Shown: positions 45,960 through 56,600 of the stretch, in pieces
Layout of the letters: the number at the start of each line of letters is the position of its first letter
How positions within the stretch are numbered: the stretch's first letter is position 1
Assembly (NCBI GenBank): GCA_964525295.1
Contig: CAZGEO010000002.1
Span: 65,230 to 129,229, forward strand
Direction of reading: 5' to 3'
DNA from: an uncultured Candidatus Saccharibacteria bacterium
GTDB lineage: Bacteria; Patescibacteriota; Dojkabacteria; GCA-002793355
Length of the DNA: 64,000 nucleotides
The notes under the pieces: model-generated
Told to the model about the DNA's origin: nothing
The model's input: only the letters and a program-made list of their open reading frames with translations
Database searches by the model: none
Made by a program: the position numbers and the translations under genes

Positions 45960-47354
45960 ATGAAAATCTATACGAAGCCCAACAAAATAACGAATCCTAC
46001 GAGATTGTTACCGAGAAGTGAGCCTATCTATCCCAAAAATGTTACTAAGCACAAGTTCTCTTTTGTTACGGCTGCTGCGATTATTATCCCAATCATTGCA
46101 TTATTTGTCATCGTACCATCACTTTTAGGAACGCTAGCCACAGTTTTGCAGCCTTTCTTCAAAGCAGCAAATTTCACGGTTGCGGGTGCTGTTGGCTCGA
46201 ATTCTGTTAAACACGAGCCTGAATTACTCAAAGATGCCGAAGGGATGACCAATATACTTATTGTTGGTATAGATACCCGTGAAAAAGGAAGTAAATTAGC
46301 CAATACTGACACTATAATTCTCGCAACTTATAATTCGAAATCGCATGAGGTAAGCATGGTATCTTTTCCTCGTGATTTGCATGTAAATTATCCCAATTCT
46401 CCAAGCTTTGGCAAGATTAATGCAACGTATGCGCTTGGCGAAGCACGCAAGACTGGTTCAGGAATGGAGTATTTACGTACTTTAATAGAAAACATTTCTG
46501 GGCAGAAAATTCACTATCATGCAATGATCGATTTGAAAGGTTTTGCAACTATTATTGATCAACTCGGTGGTATTGATGTTACTGTAGATACAGCCTTTAG
46601 TGGACGGTATCCCACAGAAAATTATGGTTGGGTCAATGTCAATTTTGCGAAAGGTGATGTTCATTTGAATGGCGATATGGCATTGAAGTTTGCGCGAATT
46701 CGCTATGCTTCGCCTGGTTCAGAGGCAAGTGATTTTGCTCGAGCAAAACGCCAGCAAAAAATTATTAAAGCAGTAATTGAAAAAGCTACAAAAGTTGAAA
46801 CTTTACAGAATCCGAAGACGATCATTGAAATTTTAGGTTCTGTAGCAGCGAATATAAAAGTGAATCGTATTTCGATGGACGATATTGCAGCGGGTTTGAT
46901 AATTATGAAGGAACAGGGGATACCCCAAACTTTTTCGTTAGTGCTTGATCCAAGCGCAGGAGGCAGTTATGGACGTTTAATTACCACTAGTTCATTAGAA
47001 CCTGCTGCTGGTGCAAAAAATTGGTCGCAAGTAACGGCATTTATTAAAGAATATGTTCATGCCCCTGCTTTAGTATCGCAGAAACCAATTATTTGTTTGT
47101 ACAATGCAGGGAGAGCTGATTATGTAAAGCAGATTAGCGCGATCAAATCGCGTTTCTATTTTACATCAGTGAAAGATTGTGGCACGTTTACCGCAGATTC
47201 TTCTATAGTTTACAATGTTGGTGGGCAAAGTTTTGCAGGTTCAGCTCGCTATCTCGCTTCGCAGTATGCAGCCGGTAACTTTGTTGAAGCTAGTGATGCC
47301 TCTGTTGAAGCACCGAGAGGAAAAGATTCCCCAATTTCAGTAGTATTCAAGTAG
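45960..47354 (+). CDS. LytR-CpsA-Psr (LCP) family cell-envelope phosphotransferase
   Basis: N-terminal TM anchor. The LCP core reads ILIVGIDTRE...NTDTIILATYN...SFPRDL. Confidence 0.8.
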   Translation: MKIYTKPNKITNPTRLLPRSEPIYPKNVTKHKFSFVTAAAIIIPIIALFVIVPSLLGTLATVLQPFFKAANFTVAGAVGSNSVKHEPELLKDAEGMTNILIVGIDTREKGSKLANTDTIILATYNSKSHEVSMVSFPRDLHVNYPNSPSFGKINATYALGEARKTGSGMEYLRTLIENISGQKIHYHAMIDLKGFATIIDQLGGIDVTVDTAFSGRYPTENYGWVNVNFAKGDVHLNGDMALKFARIRYASPGSEASDFARAKRQQKIIKAVIEKATKVETLQNPKTIIEILGSVAANIKVNRISMDDIAAGLIIMKEQGIPQTFSLVLDPSAGGSYGRLITTSSLEPAAGAKNWSQVTAFIKEYVHAPALVSQKPIICLYNAGRADYVKQISAIKSRFYFTSVKDCGTFTADSSIVYNVGGQSFAGSARYLASQYAAGNFVEASDASVEAPRGKDSPISVVFK

Positions 47355-47382
47355 AATTTCTTAATAAGTGGAAAGGAACTTG

Positions 47383-47429
47383 GTGGCGCATTTGTTTGTT
47401 TTTTGGGTTTTTTCAAACAAATGCGCCAC
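47383..47429. terminator. Bidirectional intrinsic terminator between convergent genes
   Basis: 16-bp stem GTGGCGCATTTGTTTG / CAAACAAATGCGCCAC with a T-rich loop. U-tracts are present on both strands. Confidence 0.6.
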
Positions 47430-47436
47430 AGGTGGA

Positions 47437-47655
47437 TTAGGGGACCAATTCAGAATGAATCAATTGGTCTCCATTCCACCAGCCCATGAAAGATCGGCGA
47501 CACGTCTCTGAATCCTTGTAGAACAACTGGGTTCGAATCCCATTGTTGTCTTCAAAGAAGCAGAGTATTCCGCTCTGTCCGGGCTCAGGTTGGCTTTGGC
47601 AAGCAGCCAATATAAATATGGCGGCTGCCAAAAGCAAAAGAACCTTTTTTGGCAT
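47437..47655 (-). CDS. Small lipoprotein, 72 aa
   Basis: Signal peptide with the lipobox LAAC. Confidence 0.45.
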   Translation of the reverse strand: MPKKVLLLLAAAIFILAACQSQPEPGQSGILCFFEDNNGIRTQLFYKDSETCRRSFMGWWNGDQLIHSELVP

Positions 47656-47781
47656 CTTTTTCTCACCTCCTTTCCTTGAGAGAGATTAATGATTATATCC
47701 TATAGTTCAAATTAAATCAACTTGCGTTGATTGCAAGAACTTATTCAAATTCTGCGTATACTATTGTGTAATAAGCCACAA

Positions 47782-47790
47782 TGCTACAAT
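47782..47790 (+). promoter_or_regulatory. Extended -10 TGcTACAAT, 5 nt before the ECF sigma ATG
   Basis: Leaderless pattern. The upstream palindrome CTTGC-gttgatt-GCAAG at 47721-47737 and an AAC...CGTA ECF-like motif are also noted. Confidence 0.35.
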
Positions 47791-47795
47791 GATCA

Positions 47796-48383
47796 ATGCA
47801 GGAAGATCTGGTATTAGTTCAACGGGCAATTGCGTCACCAGACGATTTCGGGGCAATTGTTGAAAAGTATGAGCGCAAAATCGACTCATACATTCAATCG
47901 ATTTTGCGCCTGACCAAAGAAGATCGTGAAGATATTTTGCAAGAGATATTTATCGCGGTATACCGAAATTTGAATAGTTATAATTCTGAGTATTCCTTTT
48001 CAACTTGGTTGTATCGAATTGCTCATAATCAAACGATCACCTTTCTACGGAAAAATAATTCAAAATTCAAACACGAGAAATTGCAGGGTAATCAAGTTAC
48101 GCAAGAATCTGAATCAGAAGATGACGCAGCTCAGTTCGAAAACATTGCAAGTGATGAAGATATCGAGGCAAATGTTGAACAGCTGCTTCAGTTGAAACTA
48201 GTTAAAGAGCGAATGCGTCAGTTACCGTTGCAAGATAGAGAAATTCTTCAACTTCGTTACTGTGAACAGCAGGAGTATTCGCAAATAGAATCAATTTTAC
48301 GAATTCCAGAGGGTACAGTTGCATCTCTTATTCATAGAGCAAAAGCTAAATTAAAGAAAGTTCTTCATGAGCGACCTGAGTAA
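47796..48383 (+). CDS. ECF-type RNA polymerase sigma factor
   Basis: Sigma-70 region 2 (ILQEIFIAVYRNL...TWLYRIAHNQ) and region 4 (LPLQDREILQLRY...IPEGTVASLIHRAKAKL). Confidence 0.8.
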   Translation: MQEDLVLVQRAIASPDDFGAIVEKYERKIDSYIQSILRLTKEDREDILQEIFIAVYRNLNSYNSEYSFSTWLYRIAHNQTITFLRKNNSKFKHEKLQGNQVTQESESEDDAAQFENIASDEDIEANVEQLLQLKLVKERMRQLPLQDREILQLRYCEQQEYSQIESILRIPEGTVASLIHRAKAKLKKVLHERPE

Positions 48384-49113
48384 AAGCGTTTTAACAAAAA
48401 TCAAGCAAGAAAAGATTACTCCAATACCAAAATGGAAAATTTTATTGCAAAAGCAATTTATTTGGGCGCTTGTCATAATTGCTGTGCTTCTCGGATCTGT
48501 TGCAGTTGCAATTTCAGCACATCTATGGATTATGCCGATAGATGAAATGCCAGGAAATTCAGCACACTTTCAATTATGGAGCCAATTGATGAGAATTCCA
48601 TTTATCTGGATTATTTTATTACTATTTTTTCTGTACGTCGCTTATCACAATTTTTTACATACAGAAGATGGTTATAAATGGAAAACCTTACAAATATTGG
48701 GCGTTTCAGTCGCAATTTCTTTTCTTTTTGGTGGAATATTACTTATTTCAGGGTTTGCTCCATGGTTAAATTCGCAATTTGTACGGCATATTCCAGGTTA
48801 TGCAAAGTTTGGCGATATGCGTGGTGTAGTGTGGATGAATCCTGCTGCAGGCAGGCTTGCTGGACAGATTATTGCAATTGATAAAACTCGACCAATATTT
48901 ACCTTAAAAGATTTGAATGGTAAAGTTTGGTCGATTTCATACAGTAATTCAATGCTGTCATCTGTAGATTTACAGCAGGGAGAATTCATAAAGGTAATTG
49001 GTGAGCAACAAAATGATTCGAATTTCTCAGCAAAAGAACTCCGTCCTTGGGAAGGCAGAGGACAAATGAGAAGGTTGCAAGGAAATGGTTCTCACTTGCG
49101 TATAACTAAGTAG
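48367..49113 (+). CDS. Membrane protein co-transcribed with the ECF sigma factor, possibly an anti-sigma factor
   Basis: Overlaps the sigma gene by 17 nt. Several TM helices. No zinc-finger anti-sigma motif is present. Confidence 0.4.
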   Translation: MSDLSKSVLTKIKQEKITPIPKWKILLQKQFIWALVIIAVLLGSVAVAISAHLWIMPIDEMPGNSAHFQLWSQLMRIPFIWIILLLFFLYVAYHNFLHTEDGYKWKTLQILGVSVAISFLFGGILLISGFAPWLNSQFVRHIPGYAKFGDMRGVVWMNPAAGRLAGQIIAIDKTRPIFTLKDLNGKVWSISYSNSMLSSVDLQQGEFIKVIGEQQNDSNFSAKELRPWEGRGQMRRLQGNGSHLRITK

Positions 49114-49154
49114 CAGAGAAGAGCTCTCTCGTACATAAGATAGTTATACATTAC

Positions 49155-49586
49155 ATGAAGAAAACAACATTAGGTGCAATTGCACTCGTTGCAGTTGCAA
49201 GCGTCGGTATTGCATTAGTTGCAATGCCAAGTGTCGCTGCATACAAGGGCGATTACACAAAGACTGGTCCAAACCATACTGCAGAACGTGAATCTGCACT
49301 TGAGGAGATCATGAACAAGAAAGATTTTGCTGCGTGGCAGAAATTAATGACTGCCAATGGTGCGACACCCGGTATCATGCGAAAAATTGACACCCAAGAA
49401 GAATTTAACAAATTCGCAGAAGCTTGGATTTTAGGTAAACAAGGTAAAACGGCAGAAGCTGCAAAACTTCGTGCTGAACTTGGCCTAGGTCAAGGCGGTG
49501 GTGCTGGTCGTCAAGGGAATAGAGGGCAAAATAACGGAGGAAACTTCGTTGATGCCAACAAAGACGGCAAGTGTGACAATCTCTAG
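49155..49586 (+). CDS. Small secreted protein with a Gly/Asn-rich C-terminus
   Basis: Signal peptide MKKTTLGAIALVAVASVGIALVA. Confidence 0.45.
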   Translation: MKKTTLGAIALVAVASVGIALVAMPSVAAYKGDYTKTGPNHTAERESALEEIMNKKDFAAWQKLMTANGATPGIMRKIDTQEEFNKFAEAWILGKQGKTAEAAKLRAELGLGQGGGAGRQGNRGQNNGGNFVDANKDGKCDNL

Positions 49587-49609
49587 TTTGAAATAACTAG
49601 AAAAGTATA

Positions 49610-49636
49610 AGAGGGGCAATTGCCCCTCTTTTTTTG
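49610..49636 (+). terminator. Rho-independent terminator
   Basis: Stem AGAGGGGCAA / TTGCCCCTCT followed by a T7 run. Confidence 0.7.
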
Positions 49637-49726
49637 TCGAGTGGGATACCTCGCAGAAAGATGTGCTTTCTGTGAGGTAGTCACCGTGGCATAAACGCGA
49701 GGGAATTTGTGTTATAGTATTGTGCT

Positions 49727-50785
49727 ATGAATGTTGAGCGCATTCGTGAAATCGACCTCTTGCGTGGTCATTTTTTGATCGCTATGATAATTGATCACAT
49801 AATTGGCGTTTTAGGACCATCTATTCTCATTTTTTATAATGGAGAAGGCAAGTTGTGGCTATCTGCTGCAGATGGTTTCGTTTTTCTTGCAGGGCTTATG
49901 GTTGGGTATCTATATGTATTTAATTGCAGATATTCATGGTCACAATTGTTGATTAAGTTCCTACAGAAGGCTTTTTTATTATATCTTCTTTCTGCCGGAT
50001 TAACCGTGGTAGTCTCTCTTCTCTTTCCGTATCAGTCTCTTCTACAAACAGGCGTTTTAGTCGGGAAACAGGCAACAACTTATGAAATCCTAGTAAATTC
50101 ATTACTCTTTACTCATCACGTTGGTTGGACTAACATTTTGACGCTTTACGCTTGCTTATTTTTGGTTACCCCGATAATTGTGTTAATTGCACGAAAATCA
50201 TCATTTGTATTAATAATAATTTCATTAATACTTTGGTTATTAGTTGCAACATCGCAAGTATCATTCACTGCATTCGGCTTTTTCGATATTCTTGCCTGGC
50301 AATTGATATTTGTTCTGGGGATTGTTGCAGGAAAAAACATTATCGTTATACGAAGGGTATTCGATTTTATTGCGCAGAATCGTATTGCAATGCTTTTAAG
50401 CATACTGTTTTTTGCAGGTATAGTTGCTGGGAGCATTCTTTGGACACGTCCGATTTTTCTTGAATATGAGTTATTTAATAAAATTAATTTAGGAGTCGGG
50501 CGTATTATTTTGTTGCCTTTTTGGATCTTTGGTACTTATTCGGTTTTGCATATAATCACAAACAATTTTCTCCAAAACATAGGCAGAATTTATGAGAAGT
50601 TTGGGCAAAATTCACTCTTTGTATATACTGTACATGCGATGATTTTGCCACTTCTAGCAGTTTATGGAACTAAAGCGAATAGTTTATTAGCAACGATTGC
50701 AGTACTTTTGTTTACTACAGTTCTGATAAACTTCGGGCAAGTTACCTGCTACAATACCTCATGGCAACAATTACAAAAACAATAA
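49727..50785 (+). CDS. Acyltransferase-3 / DUF1624-like polytopic membrane protein
   Basis: N-terminal IDLLRGHFLIAMIIDH resembles the acyltransferase_3 motif. About ten TM helices. Confidence 0.45.
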   Translation: MNVERIREIDLLRGHFLIAMIIDHIIGVLGPSILIFYNGEGKLWLSAADGFVFLAGLMVGYLYVFNCRYSWSQLLIKFLQKAFLLYLLSAGLTVVVSLLFPYQSLLQTGVLVGKQATTYEILVNSLLFTHHVGWTNILTLYACLFLVTPIIVLIARKSSFVLIIISLILWLLVATSQVSFTAFGFFDILAWQLIFVLGIVAGKNIIVIRRVFDFIAQNRIAMLLSILFFAGIVAGSILWTRPIFLEYELFNKINLGVGRIILLPFWIFGTYSVLHIITNNFLQNIGRIYEKFGQNSLFVYTVHAMILPLLAVYGTKANSLLATIAVLLFTTVLINFGQVTCYNTSWQQLQKQ

Positions 50786-51084
50786 TAAAAGAAGGTATGG
50801 GTTCAGTAGCAAAAACTGGGCAAAGAGTTACCGTTCATTACACAGGTAAATTTACTGACGGTAAAGTATTCGATAGCTCTAAACTTCATGGGCAACCATT
50901 TTCGTTTAATCTTGGCGCAGGTGAAGTTATTCAAGGTTGGGATGAAGGAGTCGCAGGAATGAAAGTTGGTGAAATATGTGAACTAACTATTCCTCCGGAA
51001 CTCGGTTATGGCGACCGACAAATTGGTCCGATTCCACCAAAATCAACGTTAGTCTTTGAAGTAGAATTGATTGCGGTTTCTTAA
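50761..51084 (+). CDS. FKBP-type peptidyl-prolyl cis-trans isomerase
   Basis: VHYTGKFTDGKVFDSS...GEVIQGWDEGVAGMKVGE...LVFEVELI matches the FKBP domain. Confidence 0.85.
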   Translation: MATITKTIIKEGMGSVAKTGQRVTVHYTGKFTDGKVFDSSKLHGQPFSFNLGAGEVIQGWDEGVAGMKVGEICELTIPPELGYGDRQIGPIPPKSTLVFEVELIAVS

Positions 51085-51106
51085 AAATTAATTAATAAGT
51101 TTTACT

Positions 51107-52096
51107 GTGAAAATTTCTTTACAAGAACTTTCAGACTTAGTCATAAAAGCGCTAAGCAAGTATGGTTATTCCGATGAAGAAGTAAGTATTATTAAAGAAG
51201 TGTTGTTGTATGCGCAATTGCGTGGGAATAATCAAGGCATCGTGAAGTTGATTGGTAAAGGTATTCCGAGAAGCGCTGAAGCGGGTGAAATTAGTGTCAT
51301 TTCAGAAAGAAAAGCTGCAATCTTGCTCGATGGGGCAAAGAACTTTGGCATGATACCAATGAAAAAAGCGACAGAGCTTGCAATTGAACGCGCTAAAGAA
51401 TTCGGAGTAGCGGTTGTAGGGCTAACCAATACGTTTAGTTCTACTGGTGCAATTGGTTATTTCGCTCGAGAAATTGCTAAAGCTGACCTGGTAGGAATGA
51501 TTTATGCGGGTTCACCTGAAGCAGTTGCCCCTCATGGCTCATTTGAACCAAAATTTGGAACTAACCCCATGGCGTATGGTTTCCCAACAAGTAACGCGCC
51601 TATTGTTTTTGATATGGCAACAAGTGCCATGGCATGGTTTGGATTAGTGCAGGCAAAAACGGCAGGAAAGAGTATTCCAAACAATGTCGCTTACGATGGC
51701 GAAGGTAATTTAACCACAGATCCAGCAAAAGCAATGGAAGGTGCGATACTTCCTTTTGACAGAAATTACAAAGGATATGGGTTAAATCTCGTGGTTGAGA
51801 TTCTTACTGGGCCTTTGGTACGTTCTGCGATTGCAGGATTACATGCAGAAGATGGCTGGGGCAATCTCGTTGTTGCAATTGATCCATCGGCATTTGTTTC
51901 GATTGAAAAATTTAAGGCTGATATGTCAGCAGCAGTTGAAATTATTCACAATTCAAAGAGATTGCCTGACGTAGAGAAGATATATTTACCAGGAGAAAAA
52001 GGTGATGAATTGGCAAACACAATAACCAAATCTGGTGAGATTGAGGTAGAAGACAATTTATTGAATGAGTTAAGGGCCTTTGTGCAAACGATATGA
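51107..52096 (+). CDS. Ldh_2-family malate / L-lactate / sulfolactate dehydrogenase
   Basis: Overall match to the Ldh_2 family. Length 329 aa. GIGYFAREIAKA-like motifs. Confidence 0.65.
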   Translation: MKISLQELSDLVIKALSKYGYSDEEVSIIKEVLLYAQLRGNNQGIVKLIGKGIPRSAEAGEISVISERKAAILLDGAKNFGMIPMKKATELAIERAKEFGVAVVGLTNTFSSTGAIGYFAREIAKADLVGMIYAGSPEAVAPHGSFEPKFGTNPMAYGFPTSNAPIVFDMATSAMAWFGLVQAKTAGKSIPNNVAYDGEGNLTTDPAKAMEGAILPFDRNYKGYGLNLVVEILTGPLVRSAIAGLHAEDGWGNLVVAIDPSAFVSIEKFKADMSAAVEIIHNSKRLPDVEKIYLPGEKGDELANTITKSGEIEVEDNLLNELRAFVQTI

Positions 52097-52605
52097 AACC
52101 AATGGTTATAACTTTTGCTGGGCCAATTGGTTCCTCGAAAACTCCAATAGCACATCATTTAGGGTGGAATTTAGGTATTCCATTGTTTAATACAGATATT
52201 GTGAGAACAGAATTTACTGAGGATCGCAGATCCTCAGATAGAGCGGAATTTTTACAAGTAGTTGGCGAACGAATTCGCTCTGCATTAAAATTTAGACGAA
52301 ATATAATCATTGATGCAAGTATTGATCGTCTTTGGGAGGAATATAAGAAAGAATTTTTAGCATTTGATTTCCGATTAGTTGTTATTTCAATGGATATAAG
52401 TTTGCCTTTTTTGCGCGAACTTTATCAATTAAAGAAATACTATTTTGATTCAGATGAAATAATACTTAATAATTATAATGAACATCAGGAATTTTTGAGA
52501 AACTTTGCTGACGATGTATCATTATCAATTACAGATGAAAATTTTGATAAAAGATTGAACTTGAGTTTAGAATATGTGCAAAGAGTATTAACGTCTGAAA
52601 ACTAG
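52093..52605 (+). CDS. Small P-loop NTPase/kinase-like protein
   Basis: Walker A FAGPIGSSKT and Walker B-like IIIDAS. Confidence 0.45.
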   Translation: MKPMVITFAGPIGSSKTPIAHHLGWNLGIPLFNTDIVRTEFTEDRRSSDRAEFLQVVGERIRSALKFRRNIIIDASIDRLWEEYKKEFLAFDFRLVVISMDISLPFLRELYQLKKYYFDSDEIILNNYNEHQEFLRNFADDVSLSITDENFDKRLNLSLEYVQRVLTSEN

Positions 52606-52618
52606 TAGCAATAAAGAG

Positions 52619-53629
52619 ATGAGTAAAAATCGATCAGGCACAGAGCCAGCCACAAAACACATCTCTCAACGAGATTTTCTCAAATTAGCAGTGGGAGCTG
52701 CAGGTGCTGTAGTTTTATCAGGCATTGATTTGCGGTATTTGTTTGCGGGTGATGATTTTTCAGAGCGAGAATATATTGAATTGCATGAAAAATTAGGCTT
52801 AGAACCACCGCAAATGGTATTTGGCACGAAAAAGTTAAAAAGCGGTAACTTAGTTTCCGAAATGAATCGAGGGAAGATTAGTGTTGTACGAGAAACGAAA
52901 TCCATAAAACATGACTACGTCAATATTGCATCTAGAGCAGGTGGAATTGAAACAGAAAAATATTCAAGAAAGTATTGGTCTGATGGCATGATATTTACGA
53001 GTTCTCCTGATTTTGAAGGGAAACCGTATATGTCGATGCTTATACCATTGAAAATTTATGAGAGCCCTGATTCTACCGGAGGTATCATGCTTATGGCGTT
53101 CGTGCGGTCATCTCGAGAGAAGCAGTCGTTACAAGCATTGAATGAACCAACTGTTGATTTGCAGTTACCTAGAAAAATTGTTGAAGAAGAACGTGGCGAT
53201 GCAATGTTATTAGCTGTAACTTTCGGAGAATTTGCAACAACGCATAATCTACTGGGCGTGAACATGCCCGTGAAATCGCTTGTTTTAGCACCACATCAAC
53301 ATGAATCTCATATACGTATGTCTCTGTTACGATATCCAAAACAGGCATTGGTTGAAACGTACCGTAGTGCAGGGAGTTTTATCGACCCAATTAAGAGATA
53401 TTTAACTAATAGCGGGGTGAAGAATTTGGGAGGAGAAATGGAATGCTTGTATTTACCAGATATGGGGTCGACATTTTCTCCAAATTTGCATGGTTTTCGA
53501 ACTGTGTGGCACGATGAAAATGGTTTGCCAGATGCAGAGCAAATTCACAAGAATTTTACGCACCCAGCGATGCTTGCTCATTTTCAAGGCTTAACGGAGG
53601 GAGTGAGTTTTGTCGTGGAAAGGGTTTAG
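52619..53629 (+). CDS. Hypothetical exported protein
   Basis: N-terminal QRDFLKLAVGAAGAVVLSG resembles a degenerate Tat / signal sequence. Confidence 0.45.
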   Translation: MSKNRSGTEPATKHISQRDFLKLAVGAAGAVVLSGIDLRYLFAGDDFSEREYIELHEKLGLEPPQMVFGTKKLKSGNLVSEMNRGKISVVRETKSIKHDYVNIASRAGGIETEKYSRKYWSDGMIFTSSPDFEGKPYMSMLIPLKIYESPDSTGGIMLMAFVRSSREKQSLQALNEPTVDLQLPRKIVEEERGDAMLLAVTFGEFATTHNLLGVNMPVKSLVLAPHQHESHIRMSLLRYPKQALVETYRSAGSFIDPIKRYLTNSGVKNLGGEMECLYLPDMGSTFSPNLHGFRTVWHDENGLPDAEQIHKNFTHPAMLAHFQGLTEGVSFVVERV

Positions 53630-53646
53630 GGAGGATGTGTACACCT

Positions 53647-56600
53647 TTATTTCATCGGCCATTCCTTAATTAAACCATCAATCTCTTTCATAACCCTATC
53701 CGTATTTACTAACGCAACAATGATTTTCTGATAATGTAAAACTTCATCAAAACTCAATTTGCGACCTTTTCTATCTTTTAGCCATTTTTGAGCAGGTTGG
53801 TATCCACCAATATAAAATTCCCATGCAATTTTAGGAACACTATCAAAGTATTGGGTATCATTTATCCAAACCTTGTTTTCTGAATATTTTGGATTTATTA
53901 CTTCGTTTTCACCTGCAACTGGATATTGTGTTACCAATGAACTGCTGTTTGCATGTTCCATTAAATGATATTGCCTAATTTCTCGACCTTTTTCGACGAG
54001 TGACCAGAATAGCTTTTGATTTGATGTAAATGGAATTCGTGGGAAATCTATTTTCAGGAATTCTTTATATCGTTCTCGATATGTTGGAGAGTGAAGTATT
54101 GCGTAAATATAATCAAGAACATCTAGAGGATTGAATGTTCCTTCTTTGCCAGAGTCTGCGTGTTCGTGGTCAGGGATAAAATTGAGTTTTAGTTTACTTG
54201 CAATATGGTCAATAAATCTTTGATTTAAGTTCGGATGACGTCTTGTAGTGTCAAGTTGCGAATCAGTGTAAATGTATAGTGGAAAATTCATGGCGTTACT
54301 ACCAGTATTTCCAGATAAGTAAATCGCTTCAGAAATACTAGTTGTAATGAATGCATGGGCAAAGGAACTATCCTTCAGTGCTTTAGTCGTAAGTAATCCA
54401 ATATTGTTGCCTTTTACATAGTTTTGCATTATTTCAGTTCGCCATCTCCATAATACTTTGTTATCAAAGTATGTATATTTCTTCTCAAATGGTCTGTAAG
54501 CAATCGCCATTGTTTTTTCTGCATCAATTGCGATAGTGTTCTTATTTTGGATAATCCATTTTGCATAGTTCTTTCCCAAAGTATATTTGGTTCTAAAGGT
54601 TGTTTCGTCGTAATCAGTATTTTGTAAATCCTTTAATCGTGAAATGATTGATTCTTGATTATCAGAAATTGCAAATGAGTCACCCATTGTTACAATCCCT
54701 GAGACATTCCTATTAAAGATTGAGTCAATACGTATATAATTTTTATACTCGCCTTTTAGCTGATTGTCCTTGTACACGAAAAAGTATTCAGGCGATTGAT
54801 AGTCGAGTCTGGTCCATTGAATGCTTCCAATATTGGATTTATTTAGAACCGAATATTTTGAATCTCTTTTTCCAAATAAGTCTGCATGATTAACTTCAGC
54901 TAGTGTTTTTTTTGTTTTTTTACTTTTTATAAAAAAGTTTATACTGACCCCTTGCATTATATCGAATACGTTTTCGTCTTTTGTTCCATCAGGGGAGGTT
55001 TCTTTCTTCTTAGTATTTCCGTGAAGGTCCAAGATATAAATTTTATCGAATGTTTTAAGTAGGTGATTACGCATACCTCTAAACGTTGGATTGTCCAAAA
55101 AACCGTGATTGTTAATATACGCGATAATACCTTCCCCATTTTTCTCAATAAACCATTCTGCAAAGCGAATAAACTTTACATAGTCATCTTGAAGCCAATG
55201 CTTCTTTTCGCCAAAATGCACACCATCAACATATTTATAATTCTCGATCAGTTTTGTTATCCATTCTCCGTTATTTGAAGAAACACCGCTGTATGGAGGA
55301 TTACCCATGACAACCATGATTGGTTTTTCCTTCTTAACTTCGTTTGCTTCCATACTTTCAGTCGTTAACCACTGCGAAAGCATATCTTGTTGGTGAGCTC
55401 CGGGTTCTTCTAGCGAATTTGTAAGATAAACGCCGAGTCGTTTACCTTTTCCTTTGGTTGCTTCATAGCCAGTTTCGGCCAAGGTAATATCCAATTTTAG
55501 ATGAGCCATTGAGTAGCTTGCCATCAAAATCTCAAACCCGTGAAGTCTTGGGAGTAAATGTTCGTCAACGTAAGATTGCCAGGCGCCCGCTTGCCCAGTA
55601 AACCGAGTTTTGTAAATATGTTTAATAATGTGGTCCAAAAAGGTTCCGGTTCCAGTTGCTGGGTCAAGAACCTGAACTCGATGTTCAGATACTTTTTGTT
55701 TCTTCTTTGAGCCTTGTAATTCTTTTTCGACCTCGATCTTGCTTGTATCTGCGAGTCCATCGGCAATACCGAACTCAGTTTTCAATATGTCATCGACAGC
55801 ACGTACGATGAAGTCAACCACAGGCTCTGGGGTGTAATAGACGCCTCGAGCCTTTCGCATTTTCTGATCGTATTCTGCAAGGAATGTTTCGTAGAAGTGT
55901 ACGATTGCATCGGTTCGTTTTGTTTCTTTTCCGAAATTCTCGAGTAATTCACGTACATTTACATGATTAAATAGTTCCGCAATATCGTCGACAATCCAAA
56001 TAATTCGTTCATCAATATTGTAACCTGCAATTGTTTGGAAGAAATTCCTCAAAAATGGATTTGACTTAGGCAAGAGATTATTGGCTTCGTCACGAGTAAA
56101 AGTATCTAAGGAAGAATCATGGTAACGGGCTGCAAACATGCCGTAGGCGACTGTTTGAGCATAAATATCCGAGTATTGCTCAAGAGAAAGGTCACGAATT
56201 AATAATTGTTTGAAGACATCGAACTGTTGTTCGAGTGGCCCTTTCTCTGCAGTTACCTCGCTTAATGAGAGATATATTACATTCTTAAGCATTTTTGCCT
56301 TCTCAGCCATTAACGACGCTAACTCCTTTGGACTACGAATTGTAATAGATTTCTTCTGTGTGAAGTTGGTTAATACAGAGTCGAGTAGGGGAATATTCTC
56401 AGGAATAATCTCGATATTTCCGTTTGTTAGACGGGCAATTTCAATTCTTTGAACTTCAACCCCATTCAGAAAGAATCTATAATCAAGGTAGTTAGTGAAG
56501 CAAAGGTTGTTTAGAGAAGCTTTGTATCTATTAAATTGATTTTTCGTTTTGAATTCTTTGTCTAGATCGACGTCAATGTCTTTCGCTTCGATATACCCAA